Part shown: positions 28,240 to 42,753 of the stretch, one piece after another | Layout: each line of letters starts with the position of its first letter | How positions within the stretch are numbered: the stretch's first letter is position 1 | Assembly (NCBI GenBank): GCA_041909865.1 | Contig: JAYRRZ010000040.1 | Coordinates: 10,984-74,983 of the forward strand | From: Candidatus Altimarinota bacterium | GTDB taxonomy: Bacteria > Patescibacteriota > Gracilibacteria > BD1-5 > UBA2023 | DNA length: 64,000 bases | Direction: 5' to 3' | Program-made: the position numbers and the translations under genes | The notes under the pieces: model-generated | Seen by the model: only the letters and a program-made list of their open reading frames with translations | Told to the model about the DNA's origin: nothing | Databases searched by the model: none

Positions 28240-30414
28240 ATGTTTACCTTCTTAAAAAATCTCTTCTTTACGATTTTTGCATGAGGAATTGCCTCTTTCT
28301 TCGTTATTTCTTCTTTTGTATTTTGACAAGCATCGGATTCTCCAGTGCATGAACAAGTACAGGAGAATGTGGTAAAGAAATATGTTCTGAGTGAATGAAA
28401 GACGGAAGAAAATGTAAAAACTCTTGTCTATAACGAGATCAAAAACGGAGAAATTTCCAGTTTTGATAAAAATTCAATTCTTTATGTTGAGTTTTGACGA
28501 CTTGCTTCTGCCTTTGTTCTTCCGAGTGGAACTGGATGAGTTATGGCGAGCACGGATGTACTTACGCTTTCTGGGCATGAGGTTTCTCTCACACAAGAAA
28601 ACCCAATAATTCTCTCTTTATACGACCCATTTTCTACGTACACGGTTCATTCTCCCAAAGGTGATTTCTCTATCAATCAGATTACGAATGGCAGTCTGTA
28701 TATCGGAGCAGAATCAAATGGCACCATTTCTCTCTATTCTATAGATTCAGTGGTAAAGCTCGATTTTCTCTCCAAGGGTGAATATATGGCAGATATTGTG
28801 CTCTTTCCTGGCATGTATGTTCGATTTAATCCAGCATTTAACTATATTTTCAAGGGTGTAACTGATCCATTTCGTGTAGCGCAAGTGGTTGGATCTGATA
28901 ATGCTCAGGATAGTAGTATGTGAACCACGGGTATAGAGTTTATCAATCCTCGTATGGATATTGGTTGAAATAGTGATACCTTCTTTGTGTATCGTCTTCC
29001 TCCAAGTACACGAATACTTTTCCAGATGCTTCATACAATGTTTCATGATAAAGTAGCCCAGATAGATATAATGAAATCATATGCAAATAGTGCTGCCTAT
29101 TCATCAGATCTTGCAGGAAGCATGTGGCTGAAGAATCCAGCAAAGATTAATCACTTTCTCTTGCTAGAACTTAAGGGAACCCTCTCTCAGGGACTTCAAT
29201 CTCAGACTACATTTGATGCATTTAATCGAAAAATAGCTCAAATTCGGGAGCGGGCAAAAGTCTTGGCAATCGGAAACACTGTAAATGCCACCTTTGAGGA
29301 ATTTCTCACCAATGGTCGTTTTGCTCTTTTTAGTAATACGGTAAGTCCCAAATATGAACGAATTTATCAGGAGGTAGCCTCAATTGTAGGAATTACTCCG
29401 ACTACATGAAAGGCAAAACTCTTCCAAAGACTTTCTGATATTTATTCTCATAACCTTGTTGCCCAGAAAAAAGATCTCTCGTTTTCAAAGATTGATACCT
29501 ATTTACCAACAGCACTCGAGCTCCAATGAACTCTTGAATCAGAAGACATTAGTCATAAAGATTATTTCGATATTGCACTGTATGCATACTCCCTTCTTGA
29601 AAAGGCAAAAAATGGACGATTGCTTGAACCACAGGCACTTACAGCACGTCCAACATTTCAACTCTTGTCTACATTATTTATAGCAACGAGTAAGTATGCA
29701 TCGTCTGTTGAGGATTTGGATCAGAGAAACAAGACATATAGAAGTATTGCATTGAATTTTTATGAACCAATGCTCCAAGTCCTCACAAGATCACTGTTTT
29801 CTTATTATACTACTACGGATGAGAATGGACATCTATTTCTCAATGAGAAAGCTATTAATAATGAGGGCAAGATTCGTATTCCTCGAGAGCTTATCCGTGA
29901 TTATAAGGCTATTGATAATACCACTCGTGGAGTTCTTGCTGAAATACAGCCAGCATACCTCGGTGAGAATGACACAAAGGTGTTTACCAGCATCAAACAA
30001 TCTACCCTAAGAATTCGTGCGTTTGCTGGAATATTGGCAGATGATATCTATCGCACATATCAACTTAGTCCATATCTATCAGTTGAAGATTATGGGGTAT
30101 TTCTTCCACAGTTATCTGATGATAATAGCTCGGTTGTTGTTGATACTGAGTTGATTAACACTGAAACTCCAGCAACAGAAGCTCAGCCTGATGCCTCTTC
30201 CTCTTCTCAGAGTCCAGCAGAATCCAACACTGAAACTCCAGCAACAGAAGCTCAGCCTGATGCCCCTTCTCAGAGTCCAGCAGAATCCAACACTGTAACA
30301 CCAGCCATAGAAGTTCAGTCAAGAGAAACACAGCCATCATCGGTTGCTACTCCTAATGCAGAAAATAGTCCTCAGTTGCCAACTCAAACAGAAGTAACTC
30401 AACCCGTTAATTAG
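28240..30414 (+). CDS. Large hypothetical secreted or surface protein (724 aa) with C-terminal Pro/Thr/Glu/Ala/Ser-rich repeats
   Basis: ORFs 28543..28923, 28987..29409 and 29620..30414 plus an N-terminal part form one frame joined by TGA. N-terminal hydrophobic segment. No family recognised. Confidence 0.6.
30157..30306 (+). repeat. Tandem coding repeat (69 nt, 63 nt and a partial unit) in the surface protein gene
   Basis: aacactgaaactccagcaacagaagctcagcctgatgcc...cagagtccagcagaatcc occurs twice, followed by a truncated third unit. Encodes NTETPATEAQPDA(SSS)SQSPAES. Confidence 0.8.
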
Positions 30415-31072
30415 TACAATTTTCCTGTTTCCATTGCTGTATTCGTTTCTTATCCCCAGAGAGTAATGCCTCTGGAACCCGAATATCCTCAAATATCTCA
30501 GGTCGTGAATATTGGGGGTATTCTTTTTTTCTCATCAGCTCATGGCTAAATGACTCTTCTCGTAAAGACTCTTCACTGAGCACTCCTGGAATAAGTCGAA
30601 CCATGCTATCTATGAGTACAAGCGCTCCAAGTTCTCCACTTGAGAGGACGTATTCGCCGATAGAAATTTTTTGTATAGGGAAAAGTTCAAATATTCTCTC
30701 ATCTATTCCTTCATAGTGACCGCAGATGATACAGAACTGCTTATTGGTTGTGTCAGTTTCTTGTGTAAGACGTTCACTCAGCTCTTGATGCAGTACTTTT
30801 CCTGCTGGTGACATAAGGAGAAGTTCCATAAGTCCGTATTTGCCGATAAGCTCTCGTAGGGCTCGGGTAAGAGGTTCTACAGTAATAATGGTACCAGATC
30901 ATCAGCCATAGGGTCTATCATCAACTCGTCTCGTGTTACGTACGGTCCAATCAGTGAGATTATGGAGAAAATAGCGAAAGAGCCCCTTTTCTTGGGCTCT
31001 CTGCATAATACTAGAATCGAGATAGGTTCTCATGCTCTCAGGGAAGAGTGAGATTATATGAACGGTGAGCAT
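30407..31072 (-). CDS. trmD: tRNA (guanine37-N1)-methyltransferase TrmD
   Basis: DDRPYG-GG-SG with two consecutive TGAs at 30899-30904; CGHYEGIDERI; SIGEYVLSGGE-like motif. Confidence 0.9.
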
Positions 31073-31078
31073 TGATAA

Positions 31079-31987
31079 CTATTGGATATCAACGATTTCA
31101 ACATCAAAATAAAGAGTTTTTCCCATAAGTGGATGTCATTGAGCAACAGTTACCACATCCTCCTTAATATCTTGGATGGTAATCTTTCCTTGAGGAGTAT
31201 CAATAGACTCACCAACAGCAAACTTCTTATCAAAGAATGGGCTTTGCTTGTTAGTTACCTCAAGAGTAACCCCGGTACCTTCAATCTTAGTAATCTTGAA
31301 AGTAGCACTTCCATCAGGTGAGTTAGCAACAGCTCCTACTTCAAGTTTTTTCTTGTAAAAAGGATTATCAGTGTTTGAGATTTCAAGAGTAATTACAGTG
31401 TCAGTTACTGCTGTAACTTTCGCTGTAGCATCGTTTGCTCCGGTAAATACATCACCCACCTTTGCTCCTTGCATATCCTGTCGGAGTTGGCTTTTTTCAA
31501 CGGTTTGAGTTACAGTATCTCCAAATACTGCCTTATCTTGAGTGATGGTAAGTACTGGGGCAATCTGGTATTTTGGAACTTCTCGACTTACAGGCTCTGT
31601 TCCATAGCCGAGCTCAGGAGTTACCATAATAGTTTTTTTCTCACCTTTCTTCATTCCGATGAGACCTTGTTCAAAGCCTGGAATAACCCCATTGCTACCA
31701 ATAATTACCTGAAATGGCTGGTATTGAGCACCAGTCGTGTAAAGATTGTTTGCCATAGCAACATCTTGAAGAGTTGTTTCAATAATTGCTCCATCTTGAG
31801 AATCTCCTCGGAGTGTATAGTTGAGAGAAACGATAGTTCCAGATTCAACCTGATTAGGAGTTACTTTTGCTACCGTGTCAGTAGTGCCTGTATTACCATT
31901 TACGGTGTCAGTGTTATTAGACATGATGCCAAATGAGCACCCAGAAAGTGCGAGCACGAGAATTGAGGAAACGAGTATATAACGCAT
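31079..31987 (-). CDS. FKBP-type peptidyl-prolyl isomerase lipoprotein (SlyD-like C-terminus)
   Basis: Lipobox LVLALSGCS; FKBP core PFQVIIGSNGVIPGFEQGLIGMKKGEKK; C-terminal HPLMGKTLYFDVEIVDI after one TGA. Confidence 0.8.
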
Positions 31988-32022
31988 AAATAATAAAATA
32001 GAATAATAAAAACGATATTATT

Positions 32023-32997
32023 CTATGAGATATTTTGTTTTTTCAACCCCATTAGGGCTATCTCTATTGAGAAAATACGTCATAATTCAACATCTTGAAG
32101 TCATTTTCCGCTTTTATAAGCCATATTTGCCTTTACTAATTCTTGATATATTTGTGCTAATTTCTCATAAGGAAGCTTTCATGAAAGGGATTTCTTGAGG
32201 ACGAATGGATGTATTTTTATGATTTTTGCGATATCATTTTCTGTTTTTCAATGATTTGCAAGAAACTTTACATACAAATGACCTCGAAGAAGTCCAATCA
32301 TGGATATGAGGAACTCAACAGGACTGGTGGTTTCCAGTATTTTCCTACACAGAACGATGCTTTCCTGGATTTTTCCAGAAAGCACCAAATCAATAAAGTC
32401 AAATATTTTCCCTCCTGATGGTATGTGAATAAAATCAGTGATAGTGATAGCAGTATTGAGAGAGGCACATTCAAGGGTTGTTGCTATGGTGTGTCAGATA
32501 TTTGGATTTCTGTTTTCTTCTTCTTGATTTGCCTCAGAGTTCTTATATATGGTGAGAATCTTTTGTAGGGATTCTTTGGGTATAGAATCAAATCTTTCAC
32601 TCCATTTTTCTATACTCCATAGAGTATCTATTTTTCTATTGTCAGCATTCTCTGTGAGCCATTTTAGCAGTCATTCTTCTTTTTTTGAGATATTATGAAA
32701 CAGACAGAAATGATCATCAGGAATACTGTCTCCAATTGTTTCAAGGATTTCCTCCAGTCCGCCATTTTTTGTTTTTCGATCGACTCATCCAGAGAAAATA
32801 AAGAGTCTTTTGTTTGCAAAGAGTCCTGTTGTAGTGAGATTGTCTCGTACCAGTGGAAAATCACCTCTATTTTCGAGACGAATCCGTTCTATGTTGAGTT
32901 CTCCATATTTTTCTTCGAATATTCATATCCATCGGAGCACTTCGAGCTCGACCCCGTAGCTATCATTTCCAGTTATGTATATGAGGTTTTTTTTCAT
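32023..32997 (-). CDS. holA: DNA polymerase III delta subunit
   Basis: 324 aa readable only with TGA=Gly. LFANKRLFIFSG and HPFVLKK...YEKLAQIYQELVKANMAYKSGK resemble the HolA N- and C-terminal domains. Confidence 0.6.
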
Positions 32998-33112
32998 GAA
33001 ATGGATTCTAAATCTTGCATTATAAGGCTTATTGTGTCTTCCTCCAAACTATGTACTTTTCATAATTGAAAAGAACCAAAAGCTTCTTCTTTTCGGTTTG
33101 CTCGTTTTGTAT

Positions 33113-33186
33113 TCTGTTTCCGACTCGTTTTCTAAAATTGCAAAATTCAGAAACGTTGCAATTTTCACGAAAACTTAGTCGACAGA
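33113..33186. repeat. Long imperfect palindrome between mscL and holA
   Basis: tctgtttccgactcgttttctaaaattgca ... ttgcaattttcacgaaaacttagtcgacaga. The arms are complementary with a few indels. Confidence 0.6.
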
Positions 33187-33234
33187 AAAACAAAACTCAC
33201 AAAAATAAAGAAGCAAATATTGGAATCAGGATGT

Positions 33235-33648
33235 CTATTTCTTGAGCAAATCCCGAATCTCCGTGAGGAGTTCGATATCGGTTGGTCCTGGTGCTTCCTT
33301 TGGTTTTTTTGGCATCGCCTTGTTCATGAGTTTTATCACCAAAAAGATACAAAATGCAATGATGACAAAGTTGATGCTAATAGTGACAAAATTTCCCCAT
33401 GCGAGAACTGCTCCAGCCTTTTTTGCATCAGCAAGAGGCATTCCAGCAGTTACTGTCATATTCCCAAAGGCATAATACATATTCGAGAAATCAAGACCCC
33501 CAGTGAGTTTCCCAATGACTGGCATGATAATATCCTCTACCAGAGAAGTCACAATCTTGCCAAATGCTCCACCAATAACAACCGCCACAGCGAGATCTAC
33601 CACGTTTCCCTTGATGGCAAAATCGCGAAATTCTTTGAATATCGACAT
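33235..33648 (-). CDS. mscL: Large-conductance mechanosensitive channel
   Basis: [43 protein letters not shown] is the canonical MscL N-terminus. Confidence 0.95.
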   Translation of the reverse strand: MSIFKEFRDFAIKGNVVDLAVAVVIGGAFGKIVTSLVEDIIMPVIGKLTGGLDFSNMYYAFGNMTVTAGMPLADAKKAGAVLAWGNFVTISINFVIIAFCIFLVIKLMNKAMPKKPKEAPGPTDIELLTEIRDLLKK

Positions 33649-33754
33649 AAAAGAAGAAGTTAAGAATAAGAATGTATGTATTGTATGGAGTTTTTTTCAT
33701 ATTTCCACTTTACTTTGTTTATTTTTTGCCAATAGTGTTGATAATTATTGTTTT

Positions 33755-34348
33755 ATGAGAAAAATTGTTTTTTTCATTGTTGCGCTCTTATTTCTGGGGA
33801 TACTTGGTATCGGATATTTTGTTGGGAATCACTTTTTTTTCGGGAAACATCGAGTGGTCATCCTCACATCGATAGATCCGTCTACATGACAGATAACGCA
33901 GAAGGGAATGGGATATTATATCAATAATGATATCCTCATAACGAGTGCTCATGTTGTTTCGGACGATCGCAGCATCTATCGGGCAATGAGTATTGCATGA
34001 GTCATGAGCGAGAATCTCTCTGTGCAGATGCGATTTTCAGAGAGGGATATTGCCTTCTTGAATGCCTGAGAAACGGGCATATCATACACGATAAAAACTC
34101 TCCTAGTAGATCCTGATGTATCCGTTGGAGATAGCCTCAGTATACCATTATTCCGCTCCTGAGCTCTCATATGGATTGATGCACATGTTGCCTCCATTGA
34201 CACTCGAGTTCTCGCCTATGACGAGAGGGGACAGACACGCATCTTCTCAGGCATCATCCTCCCAGATACGCCATTTCTCCCTGGAGATAGCGGAGCTCCG
34301 ATATTTACCAAGTGGGGTAAGCTCATCGATGTAGTGCATGTGGAGTAG
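33755..34348 (+). CDS. Trypsin-like (S1) serine protease, membrane-anchored or secreted
   Basis: Catalytic triad contexts ITSAHVV, DIAFL and PGDSGAPIF. N-terminal TM segment. Five in-frame TGAs. Confidence 0.7.
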
Positions 34349-34397
34349 CGAGTTGGTAAGACAGGCGAGAATAGTAAGAGAAGGAAAAATAGACAAG

Positions 34398-34430
34398 AAA
34401 AAACCTAACCGGTTAAGGGTTAGGTTTTAT
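34398..34430. terminator. Bidirectional terminator between the convergent S1 protease and TrbL-like genes
   Basis: aacctaacc-ggttaag-ggttaggtt, flanked by an A-run and a T-run. Confidence 0.7.
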
Positions 34431-36721
34431 TTGTTGAAGAATTCGTCTTTAATTGCTTTTATTATTTCATCGAGTTTCTTTGGGTCACTAATTATTCAAG
34501 ATAGAGCAGTCCTAAGTGATTCCTTTGTAAATTGTCATTTGAGAGAAACATTACCCTCGATTCACTTAGCTATCTCAGTTGCAGAATTATTGAGGGTTAC
34601 TTTAGTATCTTGGTTGGTAATATTTCAAACTGAGAGAATAATATGATTTTGTTGTTTTCCATCTACTACTGCTTTAGTTCATCCTGATACTCAATTAATT
34701 CAAGTTGGATTTTCTCCATTACCTGATGTTCATCCTTTTCAGTACTTTTCTGTTACATTTCTTGCATCTATGTTACTGAAGTTTGATCCGCGGAGATCTC
34801 CACCAAGAAGTCATTGAAGCTTATAACTATCGTTTTCATTAAAATCCTGTTTTCAATCTTTAAGCTTCTCGACAAGCTTCTTGATTTCCAATTTTTCAGT
34901 CTGACCGTATTGATTGTTCTTTTCCACCATTCACATTATTTTATCAGTTTCTAATTTCTTTAGTTCTTGAAGTCCATTATTTCTGAATCAAGTTTGAGTC
35001 ATGCTCCGTGCAGCTTCTTGGAGTCATTGAGCATTATTTGTAAGAGCATCTCTGAGTTTCATAACTTCCTCTGTACTTGCTCATCCAGTTTGGCTTTTGA
35101 TAATCTTTCCTAATGTACTAGCTTCAAACCTTTTATTTGCCGCATACTCAGGTATCTGTCCAAGTCACGTTATAGTCTTGTTCATACCAGCTATACTTCC
35201 ACCCGGGAATGGGAGCGGTGTATACTTTGGTAGATCCTTTGCTAGGCCACCAAGCTTGTTTCCGATTTCCTCAAATGGTTTGACAGCGGCATCAACCGCC
35301 TTGCTCACTCACTTTGCTGCCATAAATGCTGCCCAGATAAAGACAAGAGCGATAATATCTATTATAATCGTTCATAGGGAATTTCCTGCAGCATCAAGCG
35401 CACCAAATATCTCAATATCGTTCTTATTATTTGATGCTGGTCACTCAAAGGTCCAGCTTATTCCTCATATTGTTACGGTCGTTTGGGTTGCATTCATAGT
35501 TTGCCCTTCAGCATCTTTCCCTTTATCAACTTTTTTAGCTAGTATTTGGTTTTCTGGAATACCAAACAAGACAATACATTTTGTGCCGCTTTCAGATGTA
35601 CCTGAACACTTGTCTCACTGTATTCATTTCTGTCCAGTCATCAAGGCTGAGACAATGACGAGACCAAATGAGAGTGTAATACCAACTACTGCAGGCACAA
35701 ATGCGAGACCAATAAATTCTTTGAGACTAAAGTCATTCATCTTTTCTCCGAGGATATCCTTGCCTAGGACAAAATGGAGCGTAAAGAGAGGTGAGAATAT
35801 AGCGTACATCCAGAGTTTAATAGCTCGCACGAGGAGTATAAAAATTAGCGCAATCACAAGAATACCAAAGACAAAGAACATGAGTACCCCAATAATACCT
35901 CGATGAACGAGTTGTATAGCCGCACTAATTACGTCGGTCGTACTACTAATATCTTGAATCTTTTCAAACTTAAATATACCATATCCATATGATACTAGGG
36001 GTGCCCATTGTCAGCCAGCATTTTGTGTAAATTTTGCTACTGAGAGACAAGAACCCTCATTTTCCTTACAGTCAGCTATTTTTTTCTGAATATAGCCACT
36101 GTTTGTATTGCTATTAAACTCAAGTTCTTTTGGTATTCTTGGTTTTGTCATCCATTCATCACTAATATTGAGTTTTGCAAGAGTATCTTGGGGTATTGTT
36201 ATTACTGATGCCGTTACTACGCTCGCAAGGGATATCGTCCATTGGACAAACCACCAAGTAAATGGTACCATGATGATACCGAGTGCGAGTTTCGGAAGGA
36301 GTGCTTTGTAGGAATACTTCTCTTGATTGAACATCGTCGCGAGAGCAATCACTATGAGGAGTATAGCATAGATGACATACAGGATATTGGAAACCGTTAC
36401 CCAGAGAGAGTGCATGACTCCACGGAGGCCAAAGAGGTCTCCACTCGTCCAATCTGGAGACATGAGCCATGAGGCAAGGATAATAGCAGGGGCACAGATT
36501 GCTGTGATAACGCCCATTGCCATATTCAGGTACTCAATCATAGTGTTCCACTTCTCGGATACAGTATCTTTATTTGCTTGGTCGGCAGCAAATATACTCG
36601 GAACTCATCCTATACTATAGCTGGTGATAGCATTACCTGATGATTGTTTCTCGATGCTCACAAAAAATCCCCCCAAACCAATCAGGGCGATGAGAGAAGA
36701 TGTAAGGATTTTTCGTATCAT
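34427..36721 (-). CDS. Large polytopic membrane protein (764 aa), TrbL/VirB6-like by topology, with about 330-aa hydrophilic C-terminal tail
   Basis: ORFs 36011..36541 and 35624..35881 plus about 400 downstream codons form one frame with 24 in-frame TGAs. Signal-like N-terminus, at least 6 long hydrophobic helices, then a Gly/Lys/Asn-rich tail. The family call is inference only. Confidence 0.5.
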
Positions 36722-36769
36722 GATGCTATTAGACCACAATTTGTTTTTTTTTGCAAATATTTCCTCTTT

Positions 36770-37615
36770 TTATTGGATGGATTGTTTTGCTTTTGCTTCA
36801 GATTCAGTTTGAATGAGATTGAGATCTTTGAGGAGATTGGTTCCAGAGCTTGGAATTGTCACCACAGCTCGTTTGATAAGAGCCTCTCGATTGCTTGAGA
36901 GAACTTCGATAAGATTCTTGTTTTTGGATTGGAGTTTGATGTAGAGTTCACGGAAGTTCTGGAGGTAAACGAGATACACACGAGCTCGGATATCTGTTTG
37001 CTTGGCCTTGGTATATCGAGAAATCGCAACATCTACATCAGTGTAATCGAGATTTATATAGGAAGATTGCATTTCTGCCTTTGATGATTCGATATCTGTC
37101 GCATCTCTTGTCACTATGGCATTGAGGTCTGCAATCTGCTCATCCAGAACCATGATACGTTCATTGGTTTGGTTGCCATAGTCTCTCAGAAGGGAAATAT
37201 GTTCATCGAGGGCGATAGTTCTATCAGTTGCTCTATCAAGCATACTTATAATATCAGTACTGAGGAGATTATTATAGGTATTGATTGCAACCATATTCCC
37301 ACCAATGAGACGTCTTTGCCCGTCCTCTGGATACGATACAACTTCTGCAATAGAGATCATGGCGCTCGAGAGATTTACGGGGATTTTTCCTGCTGATTTG
37401 TCCTTTTGTCCGATATTGAGACTCATTGCAGTCGCGATATTCCCAAGATAGGTAACATTTACCTGAGAGAACTTGGTATCATTGGTACTTGCATTGGTAC
37501 TGAGTCAGAACATCGGTGCGATATACGACCACGATAAATCAATAGCCAATGTGAATATAAGCGTCAGGATAAGTGTATTTTTTATGAAGTCCTTGATTTC
37601 GTTTTTGAAAAACAT
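36770..37615 (-). CDS. Secreted or membrane-anchored coiled-coil protein (281 aa), TrbJ/VirB5-like by position
   Basis: ORF 36770..37426 extended through one TGA to ATG 37613-37615. N-terminal TM segment (TLILTLIFTLAIDL). Heptad-like helical remainder. Lies directly upstream of the polytopic protein. Confidence 0.45.
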
Positions 37616-37755
37616 AGGATGAAGAAAATGAGGTATGAAATATAAGGTATGAGATATAGATTCCAAGCCGATAAAAGCTCTAATCGTGTATCTTCTCGTT
37701 CATATCTTATAACTGTGCTCATTTTACCCATTATTTTTCTTTTTGGCAAATAAAA

Positions 37756-40023
37756 ATGTATTTTTTCAAGATTTTCATCCCAATTTTCTGTGTAATTGCC
37801 CTGAGTTGTATCGAAATCATCCCAAAATATGATACTGCTATCGGGAAAATGTCGGTTATTTCCAGCTCTGAAATGACCTTGAGCTGAGAGACCTACTCTA
37901 TGACGTTTCATCAATCTACTGATACGGCCAATAATATATGGTATCTTGGAGTGAGCAAGGAATATGCTTTCTCGGATTCACATGACTTCTGTGCTTCCTG
38001 GAATGTAGGAAGCGAAACTCGTGTCTCGACTGAGTGTCTTGATTTTGATGGGGATGATACAACGGATGAACAGTATACATTTCCTGTACATTTTGCTCTA
38101 GAGTCTCGAAATATTTCTTTTACCATACATTCTCAGAAGCCATTCTCTTCTCAGGATATCACTTTGTATTCTATGAATACTAGGCCTATTGGGAATCGTA
38201 TTGTTTTTGCTCTCCCGAAGATTCAGGCAGATACAAAGATTATCTCTCGCAGTGAGTGGTGAGCCGATGAGACTATGCGCTATGCTGATAGTGGTCACTG
38301 GAAACAGAAATACCCAGCATACCTCCAGTATCTTGCCCGACCAAAAACTCAGGCAGAACTGGATGCTATCTATCTTGATAAGGCAAGGGTGGATTTTTTG
38401 AAGAAACACTTTCCTGATACCACCAAGACCATGAGTCATTCACGGTATGAAAATGGACATCTGCTCGTCTGGCCTATACAGAAAGTAAAAAAGGTCAATA
38501 GAATCGTTCTTCATCATACCGCAGAGAGCATGGAGAGCGCCGCAAATGACGAGGAGGTGTTGCGGGCAATCTATCGATATCATACACTCTCTCGACAGTG
38601 GGGTGATATCGGATATCACTATATAGTAGGACAACGGGGAAATATTTATGAGGGAAGAGCGTGAGGTGATTATGTGGTGGCTTCCCATGTACAGTATAAC
38701 AATATGGGAACGATTGGTATCGCTACAATGGGGAATTTTCAGAAAATGGTACTCAATCGTGATCAGCAGAATGGACTAGAAGAGGCTATTATGTTTGTTG
38801 CCAAGAAATACGGTATCACTCTCTCTGACAAGGCTCCATGAGTTCATCTTTGTAATACAGCAACGTGTTCCCCTCTTCAGATATTTACTGGGTCAGCTCT
38901 TTTGGGACACAGAGATATTGGTTCAACATCTTGCCCAGGGGATAATATTCACTCACTTATTCCAGATCTGATTAATCGACTCAATTCCATCTATAGTCCA
39001 ATCATAAACAAACGCTCTGGTTCTATAGACCCTCTTCCAAAAAATGAAGAGATGAATATGACATTGAATACAGCCTCTTCTGTTAAAGTAGTGCCGAATC
39101 AGGATATTCGTATATCTGTTGCCTCAACAACATCAAAATCTCGATATATTGGAAAGAAGTTTAAGGTCAAGCTATCATATCCTGATGAAAAAAGTATTGC
39201 TCTCTCTTTCCTTGAATGAGAATCAAAAAAGATCAGTCTCTGAAGTAAAAAAATATTGGTATGAACATGAGAAAATATTGTTGTATGAATAGTATGAAAT
39301 AACCGAATTGAGGTTTCTGTTGGGTGAAAAAAACATGAATGAACCGAACTGAAGGTTGCAGGTAATGTTGTTCGAATCAATTCTTGGAATCGTATTCCTA
39401 TGTGGGACAGTGCATGACGATATAATGACAATCTTTTTCGAGATACTATCGTCCTCAGGAATAATGGATGAAAACTCCTTGTGGTAAATGAGCTCCCACT
39501 TGAGTGGTATCTCCGTGGTCTCTGAGAAGTCTCAAATGGTGATATGCCAGAAAAGATAAAGACTATTACTGTAGCCGCACGATCGTATGCGAAGTATTAT
39601 ATGAATCCTCAGAATCGAAAATATGATACTAAGCTCTATGATGGTTCTGATGACCCAGATTCTTTTCAGAAATATCTTGGCTATGGATATGAAGCTCGAT
39701 CTCCAAATGTTATTACTCAAGTTCTAACAACAAAATGACTTGTCATCACATTTGATAAAAAACTCATAAAGCCATGGTATTTTTCTTCATCGAACGGAAG
39801 AACTCTATCTTTTGTTGAATACTGTAAAAATGCAGGAAAAACCGAATGTAATGATATCTCCTATCTTCAATCGGTAGATGATCCTGGTGGATATGGACAT
39901 AATCAGTCAGGTCATGGGGTTGGAATCTCTTGAATCGGTGCAACCTATTGGTCGGGACAATGATGGGGATATCAGAAAATCATTGGGTATTATCTTCCTG
40001 GGACGAAGGTGGAGAGGAAGTAG
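37756..40023 (+). CDS. Secreted peptidoglycan hydrolase fusion: N-acetylmuramoyl-L-alanine amidase (Amidase_2/PGRP) plus SpoIID/LytB domain (755 aa)
   Basis: ORFs 37900.., 38275.., 38902.. and 39544.. share one frame joined by TGA, ending in TAG at 40021-40023. IVLHHTAES...GDIGYHYIVGQRGNIYEGRA, GHRDIGSTSCPG. SpoIID part: ITVAARSYAKYY...YFSSSNGRT...GHGVGIS-G-IGA. Signal peptide MYFFKIFIPIFCVIALS. Confidence 0.75.
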
Positions 40024-40113
40024 GAGTATACAGTGCAGAGAAAATGGTGCACATACTGGAATACTCTTCATCATTCATGAGCTTGCAAGGTACTCCAACG
40101 TGTGTGTTGCTCC

Positions 40114-40216
40114 GTCATTTCTGCGAAGACAGGAATCCAGCGTTTCCGTCATTGCGAAGAATGAAGCAATCCAGGGTTTCTATGGTTCCCGTCATTCTCT
40201 TGTGCAACGAAGAATC
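40114..40216 (+). repeat. Cluster of three S-type hairpin repeats
   Basis: Units at 40114-40138, 40148-40172 (identical to 18317-18341) and 40191-40216. Confidence 0.7.
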
Positions 40217-40228
40217 TAGGATAATTCA

Positions 40229-40412
40229 CACAGAACGTACTTTTATGACTAAAAGTACCACAAGTCTCTCCAAATCTTCCATGCTTCATTTCGGTATTTG
40301 TGTATTCCACTCGATTTCCTAAATCACAAAAATTCGGATACACCTCAAACAGTTTGTGATTTTACACGGAAATCCTCGTGGACACATAACTCGAAATTCG
40401 CATAAGGAAGGA
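40229..40412 (+). repeat. E-element copy 2
   Basis: Aligns along its length with 2986-3170. H1 at 40235-40256. The H2 stem is conserved around 40320-40360 with a different loop. Confidence 0.65.
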
Positions 40413-40448
40413 AACAACAGGAAAGGGTTTCAAGAAAAAGAAAAAATC

Positions 40449-42659
<2,211 letters not shown>

Positions 42660-42753
42660 GGAGAGGAGTATAGAGAAAAAGAAGATAAAATCAAAATTTG
42701 ACAATTTGTAAAATACTAGTAACTTATCACAGTTACTTCTTTTTAGCTCAGAT

